From Ramazzottius varieornatus (taxonomy: Eukaryota; Animalia; Tardigrada): a stretch of 64,000 nucleotides of DNA. The notes under the pieces are model-generated. The model saw only the letters and a list, made by a program, of their open reading frames with translations, had not been told where the DNA came from and ran no database searches. The stretch covers positions 889,552 through 953,551 of the forward strand of contig BDGG01000011.1 in NCBI GenBank assembly GCA_001949185.1, given 5' to 3'. Positions within the stretch are counted from its first letter, which is position 1; every line of letters begins with the position of its first letter. The translations under genes were made by a program, and so were the position numbers. Of the stretch, positions 1 to 12,800 are shown one piece after another.

Positions 1-1200
1 GCTTTGCGTAGGAGGGTAAAGAGCAACAGAAGACGAGCCGCCCAAAAGACTTTGCGTAATCTTTGTGGGACCAAGTTCATCCTGTTGTAAATTGCAGAAC
101 TGTGCTGGGGCAGAATTGGATGTTTGCGGTTTGGTGCGAAGCTGCGTTGCTTTTTAAGTTCCATCAGGGCTTGTTTGATCTTGAAATGTTTCAGGTCAGG
201 CGCGGCCTTATTGCGAAAATTATGTAAGGAAGACAAACCATGGACGTAACTCAGGACCGACGAATATTCGAATTTGCGTTCATCAAGCTGCGCTATGTAC
301 CGGTATAAACATACTGTATCGATGCTTTGCCGGTATTGCTTTGAGTTGGTGCTTTACACAGAAACGGTCAAAATCAATCCACTGACTCTTCCTCGTTCGT
401 GCGGCGGCCAGTTCCAGATAGTTTATATTTTGCTGTAGGGAGTAATGGAGCGCTGTCGCTCTTATCATGTGGCGCATGAAGGGATGCGGAAGGGAGGTGG
501 GCGCGGTGGTGTGGAACCAGAGGCCTGCAAGCCATTGCTTTTCCATAACGGCGCCGAGCCGCAAAATTAATCCACCATGGCAGCTCGTTTCTGAGCAGCT
601 CTGTCAGACGAAGGTGGAAATGAGGCTGATCGAGTGTATTGGGCGCGTCAATGAAAATACGGGTAAATGTGCGAGCTCCATAAATTGCGCGAGATGCAAA
701 AGTCATATGACCAACAATAATTTGCAACTTCCTTTTTGTCACTTTGCGTTTGAGATAATATTCGCTACAGATTGCCAGTAATTATTGCATTCTGTCTTCA
801 GGTAATTCTATTTGCTGAAGGCTCGAGTCAATAATCAAACCGAGAAACTGCACGCGCTGCGTGGGAGAAATTATTTTGTCCCAGTTGACTGCGAAACCAA
901 GACGGCCAATAAGGCAAAGCAAGTAATGATGTGCTGCTTGACAATGCTTTAAATCTCTGCCGATGACCAAGAAATCATCTAAATATGCCAAAATATTAAA
1001 ATCGGCTCTGCGCATGATGCGGACTATACACTGCGATATGCGGTTGAAAATGGATGGCGTGTGCTGTGCAATGCTAGAGGGCTGGGAAAATGCGGAGCGA
1101 TGCGAAGTCAACAAGAAAACAAATGCGAATCAATTTCAACAACTAGTGCAGCAGTTGATTTAGAAGCATGTCGTGTAAGGCTGCGGTGGAAAGGTACAGG
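1..1200 (-). mobile_element. Decayed DIRS/Ngaro-type tyrosine-recombinase retrotransposon (RT, partial RNase H, YR); continues off the left edge
   Basis: 782-1114 encodes RT motifs ILAYLDDFLVIG...GFAVNWDK...QFLGLIIDS...ELPEDR. 374-742 gives KRKLQIIVGHMTFASRAI (RT/RNase H connection). 1-400 reads FDRFCVKH...PILPQH...VFWAARLLLLFTLLRK (YR N-terminus and first catalytic Arg box). Stops and frameshifts throughout. A possible gag remnant at about 1800-2330 is not confirmed. Confidence 0.8.
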
Positions 1201-2354
1201 GCAACGCCCATCAATCAAACCGAGATAACGAGAAATAGGCTATCAGAAAATAACATGGAGTCACACGTTATAAACAGATTTCCTCCGTGGAGAAATCTTT
1301 CTCTAAGGAACTAATGGAACAGACGCCGACATTTACAGTATCTGCTGTACTAGGCCGAGTTTGCGATCAAAGGGTTTGTGATCAAAGAATTTGACCAACA
1401 GTATGACTAGTTAAACATTATGTGCGCGCTGGACAGTTTTCGGGCGGGCAGCTAGACTCATGCGCATACGGCCAGTTCTTTGATATTCTACGATTCATGG
1501 CTAAATCGAGGGCTTTCGCACGTGGTTCTGACCACCGGAACGGCCGAGCGAGCGAGATTGTGACAGGCATAGAAAACTTTATTCCAGTATCCTAATGAGC
1601 CGGTAATAATAGGTTGTTGCCCCGGGTCAGCCCCATGTAACTCATCTCCTACAATCCTGTTCCCCCTTTGGTGTCAAACTGACACTGTCAATGCAGAGGC
1701 GGTGTGGCTCTTGGGCATGCGGGTGCGTTGTTGTTGGCGATCCCTGTGGACTGAGTGCGGCACTGATCGAGGTGCACGTGATAAGGACTACTATGTCACG
1801 TGGTACTGGTGGGGCGTTGCTGGCGTCCAAATTTCAACTGTTCGGAACTTCGGGTGAGTTTCAACGAAAGGTCCAGAAGAGGCATTTTTTGAACATGTTG
1901 GAGCGCTTGTTCGATCGATTGGCGCATTATTTTTCACTACTGTGTTTGCGATTAACGAAACAGTCGCCGTTTTGACGAAACATGGAGCTTTCCGACACCT
2001 CGGCCGGAAGATGTTTCTCTTCATACTAGCTGCTGATAGTACATGTACCCGGCTTAATTAAACCGATTAACGTTGCTGCTGCATCCGATTGACCGCAAGG
2101 TCCGCTGGTGACCTTTGCTGATTTGGCAGTTCTGGGCGCGTTCGCGACATCCATCAGACACAACAAAGGAGCTGATACGAGAGACAATGGAAGAACGGGA
2201 AACGTTCGGGAAAGATCGCATTTCGCAAGATACTGTATTATGAGCGTACGACCACAGAAGAAGCTCTGGGATGACCGAGCTGCACAAAGACGAAATCCTG
2301 GTCAGGAGTAGCATTCTACGCAGTATTACACACCATATTGCGAATTTTTTTGTT

Positions 2355-2552
2355 GTACCCGCACGACGAGAAATTATGGGCCAGTAAAAATTATGGACAA
2401 GACCTTTTCGCTACGGCGGTACGGAAGCACGTACTTTGGCTGATTCACAGCAATGCACTTTCGACGTTTTCTACGTTTCAGTTTCCATTTTGCCGTCTTT
2501 TCCGCCCGGCCCATAATTTGTACTGGCCCACTATTTCTCGTCGTGCGCGTAC
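2355..2552. mobile_element. MITE, about 200 bp, with about 42 bp terminal inverted repeats
   Basis: gtacccgcacgacgagaaattatgggccagtaaaaattatgg (from 2355) matches the reverse complement of ccataatttgtactggcccactatttctcgtcgtgcgcgtac (to 2552); TA at both ends. Confidence 0.75.
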
Positions 2553-2723
2553 GATTGGTCCTGTATGTATAATCGGAAGTACGGCTGCGTGGCGGACGTA
2601 CTTTACTCTTCTCCCTGTAATGTTAGCTTTGTACACCAGCTCATTGAAAACTCAGCTCATTGCTTGTTCAGACTGGATAGAATTCCAATGAAAAATTATT
2701 TGACGTAAAATGCGTACACTTAA

Positions 2724-5700
2724 TTAGCTGGTAAAAGTCTCCCGTTTTTCCAGCCAGTACACAGACTGTTGTCCCTTTCCCTGGAAAAACAGCCACGAAG
2801 GATATAGATCGGAACCATAAGTGAGATCGAAGGTTGGCTTGTCTGCCCAGTGCCCATGGATCATACCTTAACATCGATTAGCCCTCTCGGGATCAGTAAC
2901 AGATCTGTCTCACCGCTCAGCTCCTCATACGTGAACTTTGACATTTGAATCCGTCCCACTACGTACAGTTTACGACTGTCTTATGCTGTGTTCGACTACA
3001 GTTCTTTACACCAGGTAAGATTGTTCAGTTTCGTACCTTCACCGGATGAATTCATTCTGCTTGCGAAATTGACCGTATCCCCAAACCTTTTGAACAAGGA
3101 GGAAGTCAATTGACCGAGAAAAACTCCGAGCTGCAACACTATATCTTACACCGTGTAATGCGGCAGCTTGGTCCCAACTACGCCAGCCACGCAAGGACCG
3201 GAATGCATGCCGATTCGCGCGGTCAAGCAGTTGTCTTTCACCAAGAGTCGTTTGACTCCGTCCATCATTTTTAAGGCCAAGTAGGCCACTTCCTTAACGT
3301 GCCGTTTACCCATTCGTACAGGAGCACCACCTACGACCTGATGCCACAAGTCAGTGTTGGCAATCACAGTTAATTCTTTTGGTATTTAATCTACCATGTA
3401 TTGATCTTTGATGGCTTCGACCTTGAAGACATTGAATGTGGAAAGGATTGCGTCGACGACTAGGCACAGATCATCCAGTAGACCGAATAACTGGATGGGT
3501 GTAATCACACCACTGAGTTCAGCCACCATCGGTACATCGCTGAACAAGACTGTCACTTGGTCAAAGTGCTCCAATGGAACTTGCTCGCCTCGGTTGAGGA
3601 TACTGACGATGCTTGGCGGTAGCAAGTTGTGCAAGATGGCTTCCACTTGTCGAGCTTCAGCCTGAAGGCTCTCCGTTTTCTCAATGACAATCCTACGTCA
3701 ATATAGAGAAAGGAAATGCACTGATCCAAAAGTCGCACGTACCATCCTCCTTACTCTTCCAGCTCTCGGTGGTACCGTAGCATGCGGTCAATCAAACTGT
3801 CGCTAAAAGACATTCCAGCTCGTTGGGGATATATGACGGCCAACCGCTCAATAATAGCTGACACCAGTGGTCGTTGTGTCCGGTCGCGTTTCAGACAATC
3901 GATGATCAACTGGTCTACCGGCTCAGGAAGGTCCCCTTGAATGAGCTCAATTGGTTCAAATGTTCCCTCCAGCATTTGAACCGAGATACCTGCCAAATCA
4001 AGAAAGCATTCTCCAGAGCAACTAGCAGGAGACACTGGTAACATTGTTGATCAACGTACTGTCGAGCTGTGTCAGGTCGCTAAAGTCGATGTTAAACGGG
4101 CTGTTCCTGGTGGTAATTTCATACAGCAGTACACCGAAGCTGTAAGAGTCGGCCCTGGGGTCGGCTACTTCTTTAGCGTCTAGCAGCACCTCTGGTGGAA
4201 GCCACAGGCTGTAAAACTTCATGGTGATGTCTGGCTTGTACTGGTCGATATCCTTCTGGGTTAGCAGAAGGCCGCATAGGGGTGTCACGCCCACAAGACA
4301 AATTTTGAGAGTGAATCGGGGGTCGATGCCCACCGCCAGACTGGTGATGCTACCATGAAAGCGCAGCATTGATCTGTGGATGTAACGAAGTCCCTAAGAC
4401 CAGGCAAAAAAGAATCTAAAGTTTGGAATGAATTCCGGTGACTGTTTTCCACGCGTAATTTATACCTGGGCCAGGTCCCAAATGAGGCTGAATCTCAAGT
4501 CCCAGTTCAGCGCATAGTTTTCGTCATCGACGACGCTGCGCAGCGTGTCTTTGAATGGTCTGTCCGCGATATAGGCCATCCGGTTGTCGTCAAACAGATG
4601 TCTGGACCAGAGGAGGCCGTGGAATTTGCACAAGTTTTCATGATTCATGTCTTTGATCTGAAAACCAGAACATGGTGTTGAAACACCTGCAGCTGAACTG
4701 CTGAGCGAAACGTATTTATCGCGGGGGATTCTCACAATTTTGATAACCAGATGTGCCAGAGGGTTTCGTTTCACCCGTGTGAACGGGAAGTTTAGGAAAA
4801 ATGTGACGGCGACGGCGTTTGTTCCGTTGAGTAGGATATCGGCGCATTGAACCATGATGTCCGGTCCGTGAGTAGGGATGAAGAAGTCTTTGACGGGATA
4901 ACTTCCGTAGTTTAGAAATGTTACATGCTCCTCCTGAATGAGCCAAGAACTGGTGCTCCACATGCCCCTTATTTTTGTCCTGGAGAAATGAACGAATCGT
5001 TCTGATGGGTTCTCATCAGGCTCGATTAACCTCGCCGAGGGCGCTACAGAGGAAATCGTGCTATATACAATATCTTGTCTTACCCCGAAATGCAGCACAG
5101 AAGTAACAGCAAAGATACGGCAAGCGGTGTTCCAGTCGCCATCGCTGGAAAACGTCACAACATTATGTGTTGGGGAAAACTGGCATGCCTTTGTAATGCC
5201 CTTTGTCCCCACCATAAAATCCTGTCTCTTGTTCTCCGTACAGTTGAGGAGGGCTTGTGACGCTCCACTGGAAATAGTCGCTTTGCGTCGTCGACTGATT
5301 GTGGGTGTGGAACCGAAACACCTCCTGGGAATCGAAGAGGCCAATTACCATTCACAAACTGCAATCCAGGCGCGGTTAAAATAGCAGTATGATATCGAGT
5401 GCTGACCTTTAAAGAATGATGCGCCGGGTCAAAACGGCTGAAAACGACAGTATAAATCGTCGAACTGTTTGAATGTGCAAGAGAGGTCTTTTCCGAGCGA
5501 TTCGACAAGGAGTTAGGACTCATTGCTTGCACGAATTCACGAGGGGAAAGTAGACGGGGTGTTTGGGACACCTGTATGAAACCCAGGTAAAGCAATGACC
5601 TTCAGTTGTGACCAACTTCCATCTGTGACCATCTCTCACCGTCCTGAAAAAGTCCATGAATATGCGAGGCAGCTCAACGTCATTACTTGGTCGGTTCGGT

Positions 5701-7000
5701 GTCGGTTCCTCAATCACAGCAGTTGTCCTTCTAACTGTGGCAAGCAGCGAGAGAGACAACAGCTTCTGTTGGCGGGACAGAGCCAATGCTCTCTACGAAA
5801 ATATTGACCTTCGGCCTACGTCAATCTTAAATCAATCTTTTGACTGGTCAGTACAAGAAGCCTTTGATTGTACCGTTAAGCGCTCCGAAGTTTGCGAGTC
5901 GTAGGCGAAGACAGGAAACACAAAAATTAAGATTTTCTTTCTGGTGTCGCTATCTGGCATAAGGAACGCGCCGCGAACGAACTTCTCCAAAAGCTGTATG
6001 GTAACAGGCATTACATACACTGAAATGAAAAATCAATGATTACAATGTAACCAGTCGTAAGGATTTTGTCTTGGTTTCCTGAAACTTCGTTTGCCTGACT
6101 GCAGCTGAACGGGGCTCTGTAGTGACCGAGTTAAAGGGCAAAGAAAAGAAATATTGCCCACCTGTTGTCGATATGTTTGTCACAGTATCCTTGTCCAACG
6201 ACGTGGATATAGTTTTGCGTTTGGGCGCGGTGTTTTCAATGGTAACCAGTGTGGGAGGCGAGCACAGTGGAGCATGAAGCGTATCTAAGTTCAGGGTATG
6301 GTTGGCGGAGTCGACTGATGAAATATCCCTTGAACAAATACTGTAGTTTTCCACGCGAAGAATTCGCATCATTGCGGTTACAGCATCGTTTATTAAGGCT
6401 TCCATGTGACTTAGCGTGGGAAAACTCCACAACGTGGGGAATCTGTCACGGGACTCGGACTGCTGCCATTGTAAGTTTGACCAGATCGGAGAGCTTGTCA
6501 CCACGACAAAATCTTCTTCTGCAAGATGATAAGCAATCTCACTTATTACAGCTGAAAGTCACGTCCTATCCGTACATATACCACATCGTACCTCGTCCAA
6601 AATCTCCCAACATTTTGAGGATTTGTTCGTTCGACTCTGCATATACATCAAAGCCTTCTTTGTCATACAGATGTTCCGGTAGCCAAATCACGACACGAAG
6701 CATGCTCACGCCCGGACACCGTACACGAAGGTCAGTGACAAAGTTATAGTAAACGGTTTTACCAACAAACTCTTCTAGTTCCGGGTTATGCACAGAAGTA
6801 TTTGGGGTACCAGAAACCAAATATGTCAGGCACGAACTTTCGTGCGGGTAGAATTGCACTGCTCTTCGAACTTGTTGGTCAACCTGATCTAGAAGAGCAG
6901 GGCTTGCGAATATGATAACGACTATATTCATCAAGTTAGCTACAGCGCAGTTTATCAAAACAGTCAGGGACAACAAAAACAAGAAAAACTTCTGCCGCAT
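2724..7000 (-). CDS. Receptor-type guanylyl cyclase-like protein (signal peptide, divergent ectodomain, TM, kinase-homology domain, cyclase domain); multi-exon
   Basis: Signal peptide MRQKFFLFLLSLTVLINCAVA at 7000. TM ATGTPLAVSLLLLLCCISG at about 5075-5140. KHD motifs MNHENLCKFHG, LNWDLRFSLIWDLAQ, HGSITS, DSYSFGVLLYEI. Cyclase motifs VTVLFSD, KVEAIKDQYMV, RIGMHSGPCVAGVVG, FGDTVNFASRM, VKGKG..YWL. Stop at 2724-2726. Ectodomain exon boundaries are uncertain. Confidence 0.85.
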
Positions 7001-8513
7001 TTTACCACACTGCTCCGTTAAAGTTATAAGAAACGCTATACCGGTACGAGGACCAGATGCACGAAAATCCTAGCCAGTTAAAACGGCAACTACTGATTTT
7101 CTTCCGACAAAATGGCAGTGATATGCAAGTTCCCGTCCTCGCGATGACGAGCTCTTCAACGGTATCATGCGGAATAGTATTACAACATGGCTTAAGCCAC
7201 GGTTAGTTGTCGTGTTCGCGTTATGATTGAGCAATAATGAAAATTTCCAGGTTCGTCGTGGTGGAAACGCCTACATGGGATCACGATAATTATGGAGATG
7301 AATGGATCGTACTCGAATATAGGACGATATTTACAGCCTGCTGATTCTTCTTGCTTCAAATTACGTCCACTCCTCAGTACTGTAATCAAGCTCTGATTAC
7401 CCAGCAGAGTATGTATATTCATCTGCGGACAGAAGTGAGCGGTGAACGAAGCACCAAATAATCCTATCGTTACACTCATTGTAGCGGGCGAGAGAACGTC
7501 ACCACGCTGTACATAAAAGTGACTAAAGCGCCACTTGCCGTCGAGGCTGTGTGGAATAATCGACGCCACCCGTCACGTCAGCACACCTGACTCCTCGCTG
7601 GGGCAGGTCTTTAGAGCACACGTGGAAGGCGGTAAAGATGCGCGTAAGGAAGTTCGAATGGAAGAAAGGAGCCGCGCTTTATTTAGCCTTTTGATGAAGG
7701 AGAACAAGTTGGTGTAAGATATTCTGGCTTTGTACACGTCTGAATATCAATCAGTCAAACCTAAGACTGATTACTATTCCCTGACCAGAGGTTTCTCTGG
7801 GTGAGTGGTACTGAGTTTCCACTAGGCTGCGGACCCCTGTGTTCAGTGTGTTGTGAATGGTACGTGGATCAGTTATACTGTGTATGCGCGATGCGCAGAA
7901 GGACGACCAGCAAGGAAGACGTGGTGAAACTATCCGTCTAGGAAAAAACAGACTTCTCCAGTCACCTGAAATGAAGTTTTCCCTTTTTCTCCACCTTGTT
8001 TCTCCTGCGCTATCAAGCCGGCATCGTTCGCTGCACTAACGCTTCTGTATCTTTATTTGTTTGATCCAATCGCCTATCCGGATCTCGGCATCTGTTTATT
8101 GACTCCTTGTTGACAAGCAACTTCATTTCGGATGCTGAAACATCTCGCCTGCTTATGCTGTCCAACACACAGACTCACGCTAACCGACAAAACTCCACCA
8201 CTTGTCAGTGATCCTGACACGCCGCGAACATTGATCAAGAGCGTCCTTGCCGTAAAATGTAAAACGCGAATTAGGCACCAACATTCCATAGTAAAACCCT
8301 TCAGTCTTCTATACACGCTGCATAAGCTTAGATGCAGCATGATAGTCGGCGACTCAGCATATGCGAGAGTTCTTATCACATTTTTGTCCAATGAGCACGA
8401 CATGTCGGTCTGGCGCAGCATACCAGTCTGATGTACAATCTTTTTCTTGTAGCTTTCTCAACTGCTGAGATTTTCAAAACTTTGTGTGTTACGGGGAAAC
8501 TGGCCTCCGAATC

Positions 8514-9359
8514 ATGGCTACATGGTCCTTGACGGAGAACCTTGAGAAAAAAGTCAGTCGATGTCGCTCATGCTCAGACCTGCCACCCGGAAGTGTTAAA
8601 GCTTTTGCGCTATCCAGCTCTGCGTTAGCCGAACGTTTCAGTGAAGCTACAATTTGCTACAATGCCTCCAACGCGCAAATCATGCTGGACGCTGTTCGGA
8701 AGCCTGTGTTGGAAGCCACGTCGGATGGTTCTGGATTACCCGCTGAAAGTCTGCTAGTTTGGATCGCCAAGATGACCTGTATGCCGGACAAGGACGGGGC
8801 GGCCTTCCAGTTGATTATGATGGAACTGGCTAGCAACCTGTACAACGCCAAGGAAAAGTGGCGCTCAGCATACAAGAGTCTACTGGTGCTGGGACACCTC
8901 CTTGTCAACGGATCGGCAAAGATGCGCATGGTTGCTTATTGGAACAACCAGGCCCGTCTATCCATTATCTGCCAGCTGCGAAGCTTTGTGCTCGACGAGG
9001 ATGGTTTCAAGCGGCACCTGGAGCAGCAGCTGCGCATGCGCCCAAAGATCGAAAGCCAGCGGCAAAAAGATCATGAGATAGGCACCAACACTGACGCCAC
9101 TGCCTTGCTACAATGCCCAGTCTGTTTGGCGGAAGACAAACAGGTATCCGTGTTAGCTCATCAAGGTGCAGTGTATTGCGTTATTTTCTTGTATGTCAAA
9201 ACTCAGTCATCTTTAGTGGTCTCTCAATAGGTGGTCGCGAAAACCTTGGTGGCGGTGGGATGCGGACTTATGTACTGCAAAGAATGCCTGGAGTATTTGA
9301 ACGGAGCGTGTGCCGCATGCGGGAGGAAGTTCAAGAAATCAGTCAAGTTATTCCCTTAA
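8514..9359 (+). CDS. ENTH (epsin N-terminal homology)-like domain fused to a C-terminal RING-like finger
   Basis: VLEATSDGSGLPAESLLVWIAKMT...AFQLIMMELASNL...KWRSAYKSLLVLGHLLVNGS aligns by eye with epsin ENTH helices. Intron 9144-9230 (gtatcc...caatag) joins CPVC to CGLMYCKEC...CAAC. Stop at 9357-9359. The true start may be in an upstream exon (acceptor near 8450). Confidence 0.7.
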
Positions 9360-9869
9360 CTCTGCCCAGCCACGGTAGCTTGCGATCGCTAAGTTTGAAC
9401 TAGAATAACGAGATGAGGTGGCTCAAACAACCCCCCGCCTTGTGCTGGCTGTTCTTTTTCCGCTCATTTAATTAACAAGCTCATGCGCCATTTACCTGTT
9501 GTCTTCTTTGCGATAGCGCATCGGTGGCAGTAGTTCACGCTGAATTAACGTACGACAAGGAAGTGCCAAGTCTATCAGCTTGGTTCTCACTGGGTTCAAG
9601 CTGATTGGACACGATACGGTTCATGAGGAAGTTATCAGTTCCCGAAAGCGATAACAAAATCTGATGATTATGTAGCAGAGTATCGGGCCTTTTTGGAGTA
9701 AACAATGCCTTTGTGACAGTTCGTTTGTGATGCGCCATCAAAACTATCACCGAAAATTCCGGGACCTGGGCGTCGTCGTCGAGTTGCAAAACGCCATGCT
9801 TGTTACGAGTTCCGCGGAAATTCCTTCCGACCAGTCTGTTGTCGCCATTACTGTGCTGCTGCTGTTACG

Positions 9870-12800
9870 ATGGTTACTACCACTAAAGGGGATCAAACAA
9901 CCTTGTTCATTCCAGTAACGGCACAGGATCACCTCGGTGGCGAGAATGGACAAGCTGGATCTTCATTGGTAACCCCCGCCAAGGTATCCGATATATACCA
10001 GTTGTGTAAAATATTCTTTTTAACTCTGTGGTATTCTGGCCACCAGTGATACTGCATATCCTTGCTTATATTGCCTTACTGTACCTATCGGTCTATTTCT
10101 TTATGCCGTTCTTGGTAATAAAAAAGTACATCTCCGTTATAGTTTTTCTTTTTCAGACCAGCAAGTGGGTATGGATGGTGTCGGCCATAGTAGTCATCAG
10201 CTCCATCTTTGGAGTTGGTTTCATCAGTGGGTTCTATGCCCCGCACAAAAATACCCCGGAGTCGGAGGCAACCACATGGAGATCGACGATGACGACCACG
10301 GTAACTTCCACCGTCGCAACCGACTCGGGTCTCAGCACTCTCGGATCCGAAACATCGTCTGTCGCTGCGTTGACGTCATCGGCGAACACTTCGCCAACTC
10401 CAATTCTCGTCGAATCGTCTCTGTTGACCACATTCGCTGTTACATCACCGGAGTTGACCTCAGTATACACTGTCGAACTCAGCTCTATAATCAGTAATTC
10501 AGACCGAACGTCTGCTCAGACAGACCGACCTAAACCCTCGTCGTGGCGGGAAGGACCCTGCGCCACAGAATTCAATCAGCCACAGTGTCCACCTGGGTAC
10601 ACATCTCTTATTAGCTGATACAGCCCGTTCGGGCCACATCGCTACCACCTAAAGCACTGAGACGTCCACAACCGTATTACTGCCGAATCTCGAAACTAGT
10701 ATAGCTCAATCTGATAGCCTTTTTAGAACTGCGGAAAAATTACCGGCTGGAAATCCGTTCAAGGAAAGTCAAAATTGACAAAACATTAGTGAGCGTGCGA
10801 AATGGAAAATACAGCAACTTTCGCAGTTTTCAGGGCCGTCTTCCAACATTTTTTTCTCGGTTTCGACGTTAAGGTCATGCGGTAGTTTATTAAAAAATTT
10901 AGAACACAGAACGGGCTACAGATGAAGTTATCGTCAGCGTGAATCTTTCGCTCAGGACAGGAGATATAATTTTTTGTTGCAGAGGCACATTTCCCGGTAA
11001 AATGGTCGAATTGGACAATTTTAGTTCATTTGCTACGTTAGTGTGGTATTTCTGCAATATTTTCTGATTCCTAGTGCCGCTATGAATAGTTCTACGTGTA
11101 CGTATGCTGAGATCAAATTGGGGACTGATACATGAACATTCAATTTCAGACATGACGTTTGGGTCAGGAAGAGCGGTCTTCCCCACTGCAAGTCTCACCA
11201 ATCAACTTTTCCAAACTATTTCTCAGCCGATCTGAATGTCCTCTAATTTTAGTTGACAGAGCTTGAAGTGTTGCATGAAAGACATAACAGACTGGATGGA
11301 AAAGTTATACTGATTTTTTGACACACGATCTTCCAATAGGTAGTGGTGTGGCCAAAACAGGCTGTACTAATGCAGTACACGTCACTACGAAGACTTACAA
11401 GGCGATTTTTCCGATGCGTAGCTTCTGATCCTCAAACCGACATTCCAGTCGATAGAAAAAAGTTCTTTCTATCGTCTGAGTCGAAAGCCCAGTCATCATT
11501 CTGTTCCTGGAATAAACTGGAGGGTTTGGAAGTGATAGTCCATTGACCGCTAAAGTGCGCCGCGATGACGCAAAGTGTCTTGATTGTCACTTTGATTGAC
11601 CGCAAGGCGATCAGCTGATCGCCCGTACTGTTGTTGACTTNNNNNNNNNNNNNNNNNNNNNNNNNNNNNNNNNNNNNNNNNNNNNNNNNNCGTCATCGCG
11701 GCGCACTTTAGCGGTCAATGGACTATCACTTCCAGACCCTCCAGTTTATTCCAGGAACAGAATGATGACTGGGCCTTCGACTCAGACGATAGAAAAAACT
11801 TTTCTCTATCGACCTGGAATGTCGGTTTGAGGATCAGAGGCGGGGGATTGGAAAAACTCGCGATCGCTTGTTAGTCAAATGCTTACCACAGTATACTGTA
11901 TATGTAGTCTTTGGACGAATTGCAGGTATCTGAGGTCTCCGCCTTTGCTGGTAATTTCTTTCGACGGTAAGTAAGGTAGATCAATTGCCCAGTACTGAGC
12001 TTTCAAAAGTGACAGTAGGATTGCGGACAGAATTACAATGGTATGACTCTGCAGGATTTCGAGCCGAGTATTTGACCAGACCAAGCCTGAACATCTCGGC
12101 TATCCGTCGAATGCGAGAATGCGGGGTGCATGCTCCCTCTATGCGACCTGCGTTTCCATCCATGACCTTCCCTAATCACTACAGTTTGGCAACAGGCCTG
12201 TTCCCCGAATCGCACGGCATTGTGGACAATGTCTTTGTGGACCAGACCAGTGGTCAGCAGTTTCACTTCCAGTTTGACAGTTCGAAGCAGCCTAAATGGT
12301 GGCTCGGTAAGCTCCGTGCTTAGTTTGTGTGAAACGTGTTTTGTGCCACAAAAACCCTTTGTACAGGTGAACCCATCTGGGTGACTGCGAAGAAACAGGG
12401 TAAACGAGCAAATGTCTACTTTTGGCCAGGAAGCGAGGTACAGACTGCTCGCGCTCTGACCGGGGTAGAATCGTTCCCGAGACTTCAGTAAAACGTTTCC
12501 TATCGGTAGACAGAAATTATGGGAGTGCGACCAGACGTGTTTTTCGCGTTCAACAAGTCCCACGAGTTTGAACAACGTGTGGATCAAGTGCTTGAATGGC
12601 TGGAGTTACCTGATGAAACCCGTCCCGACTTGTCCATGATGTATCTGGAAGAGCCCGATACCGCTGGTAAAACTGCTAGCTGAGCTGATGCCTTCTCTTT
12701 TACATATTCATGAATAAACTGTATCGCTACGTTGCTTTTTACAGGCCACAGCGCTGGACCAGACGACGCTCATACAGCGATAGCGAGTGAACGAACAGAC

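Noticed and set aside
3751-3753. Apparent premature stop in the cyclase gene (ELEE*)
   Set aside because: The TAA lies within the donor ga|gtaagg; splicing to the acceptor near 3695 restores EEIVIEKTESL in frame.
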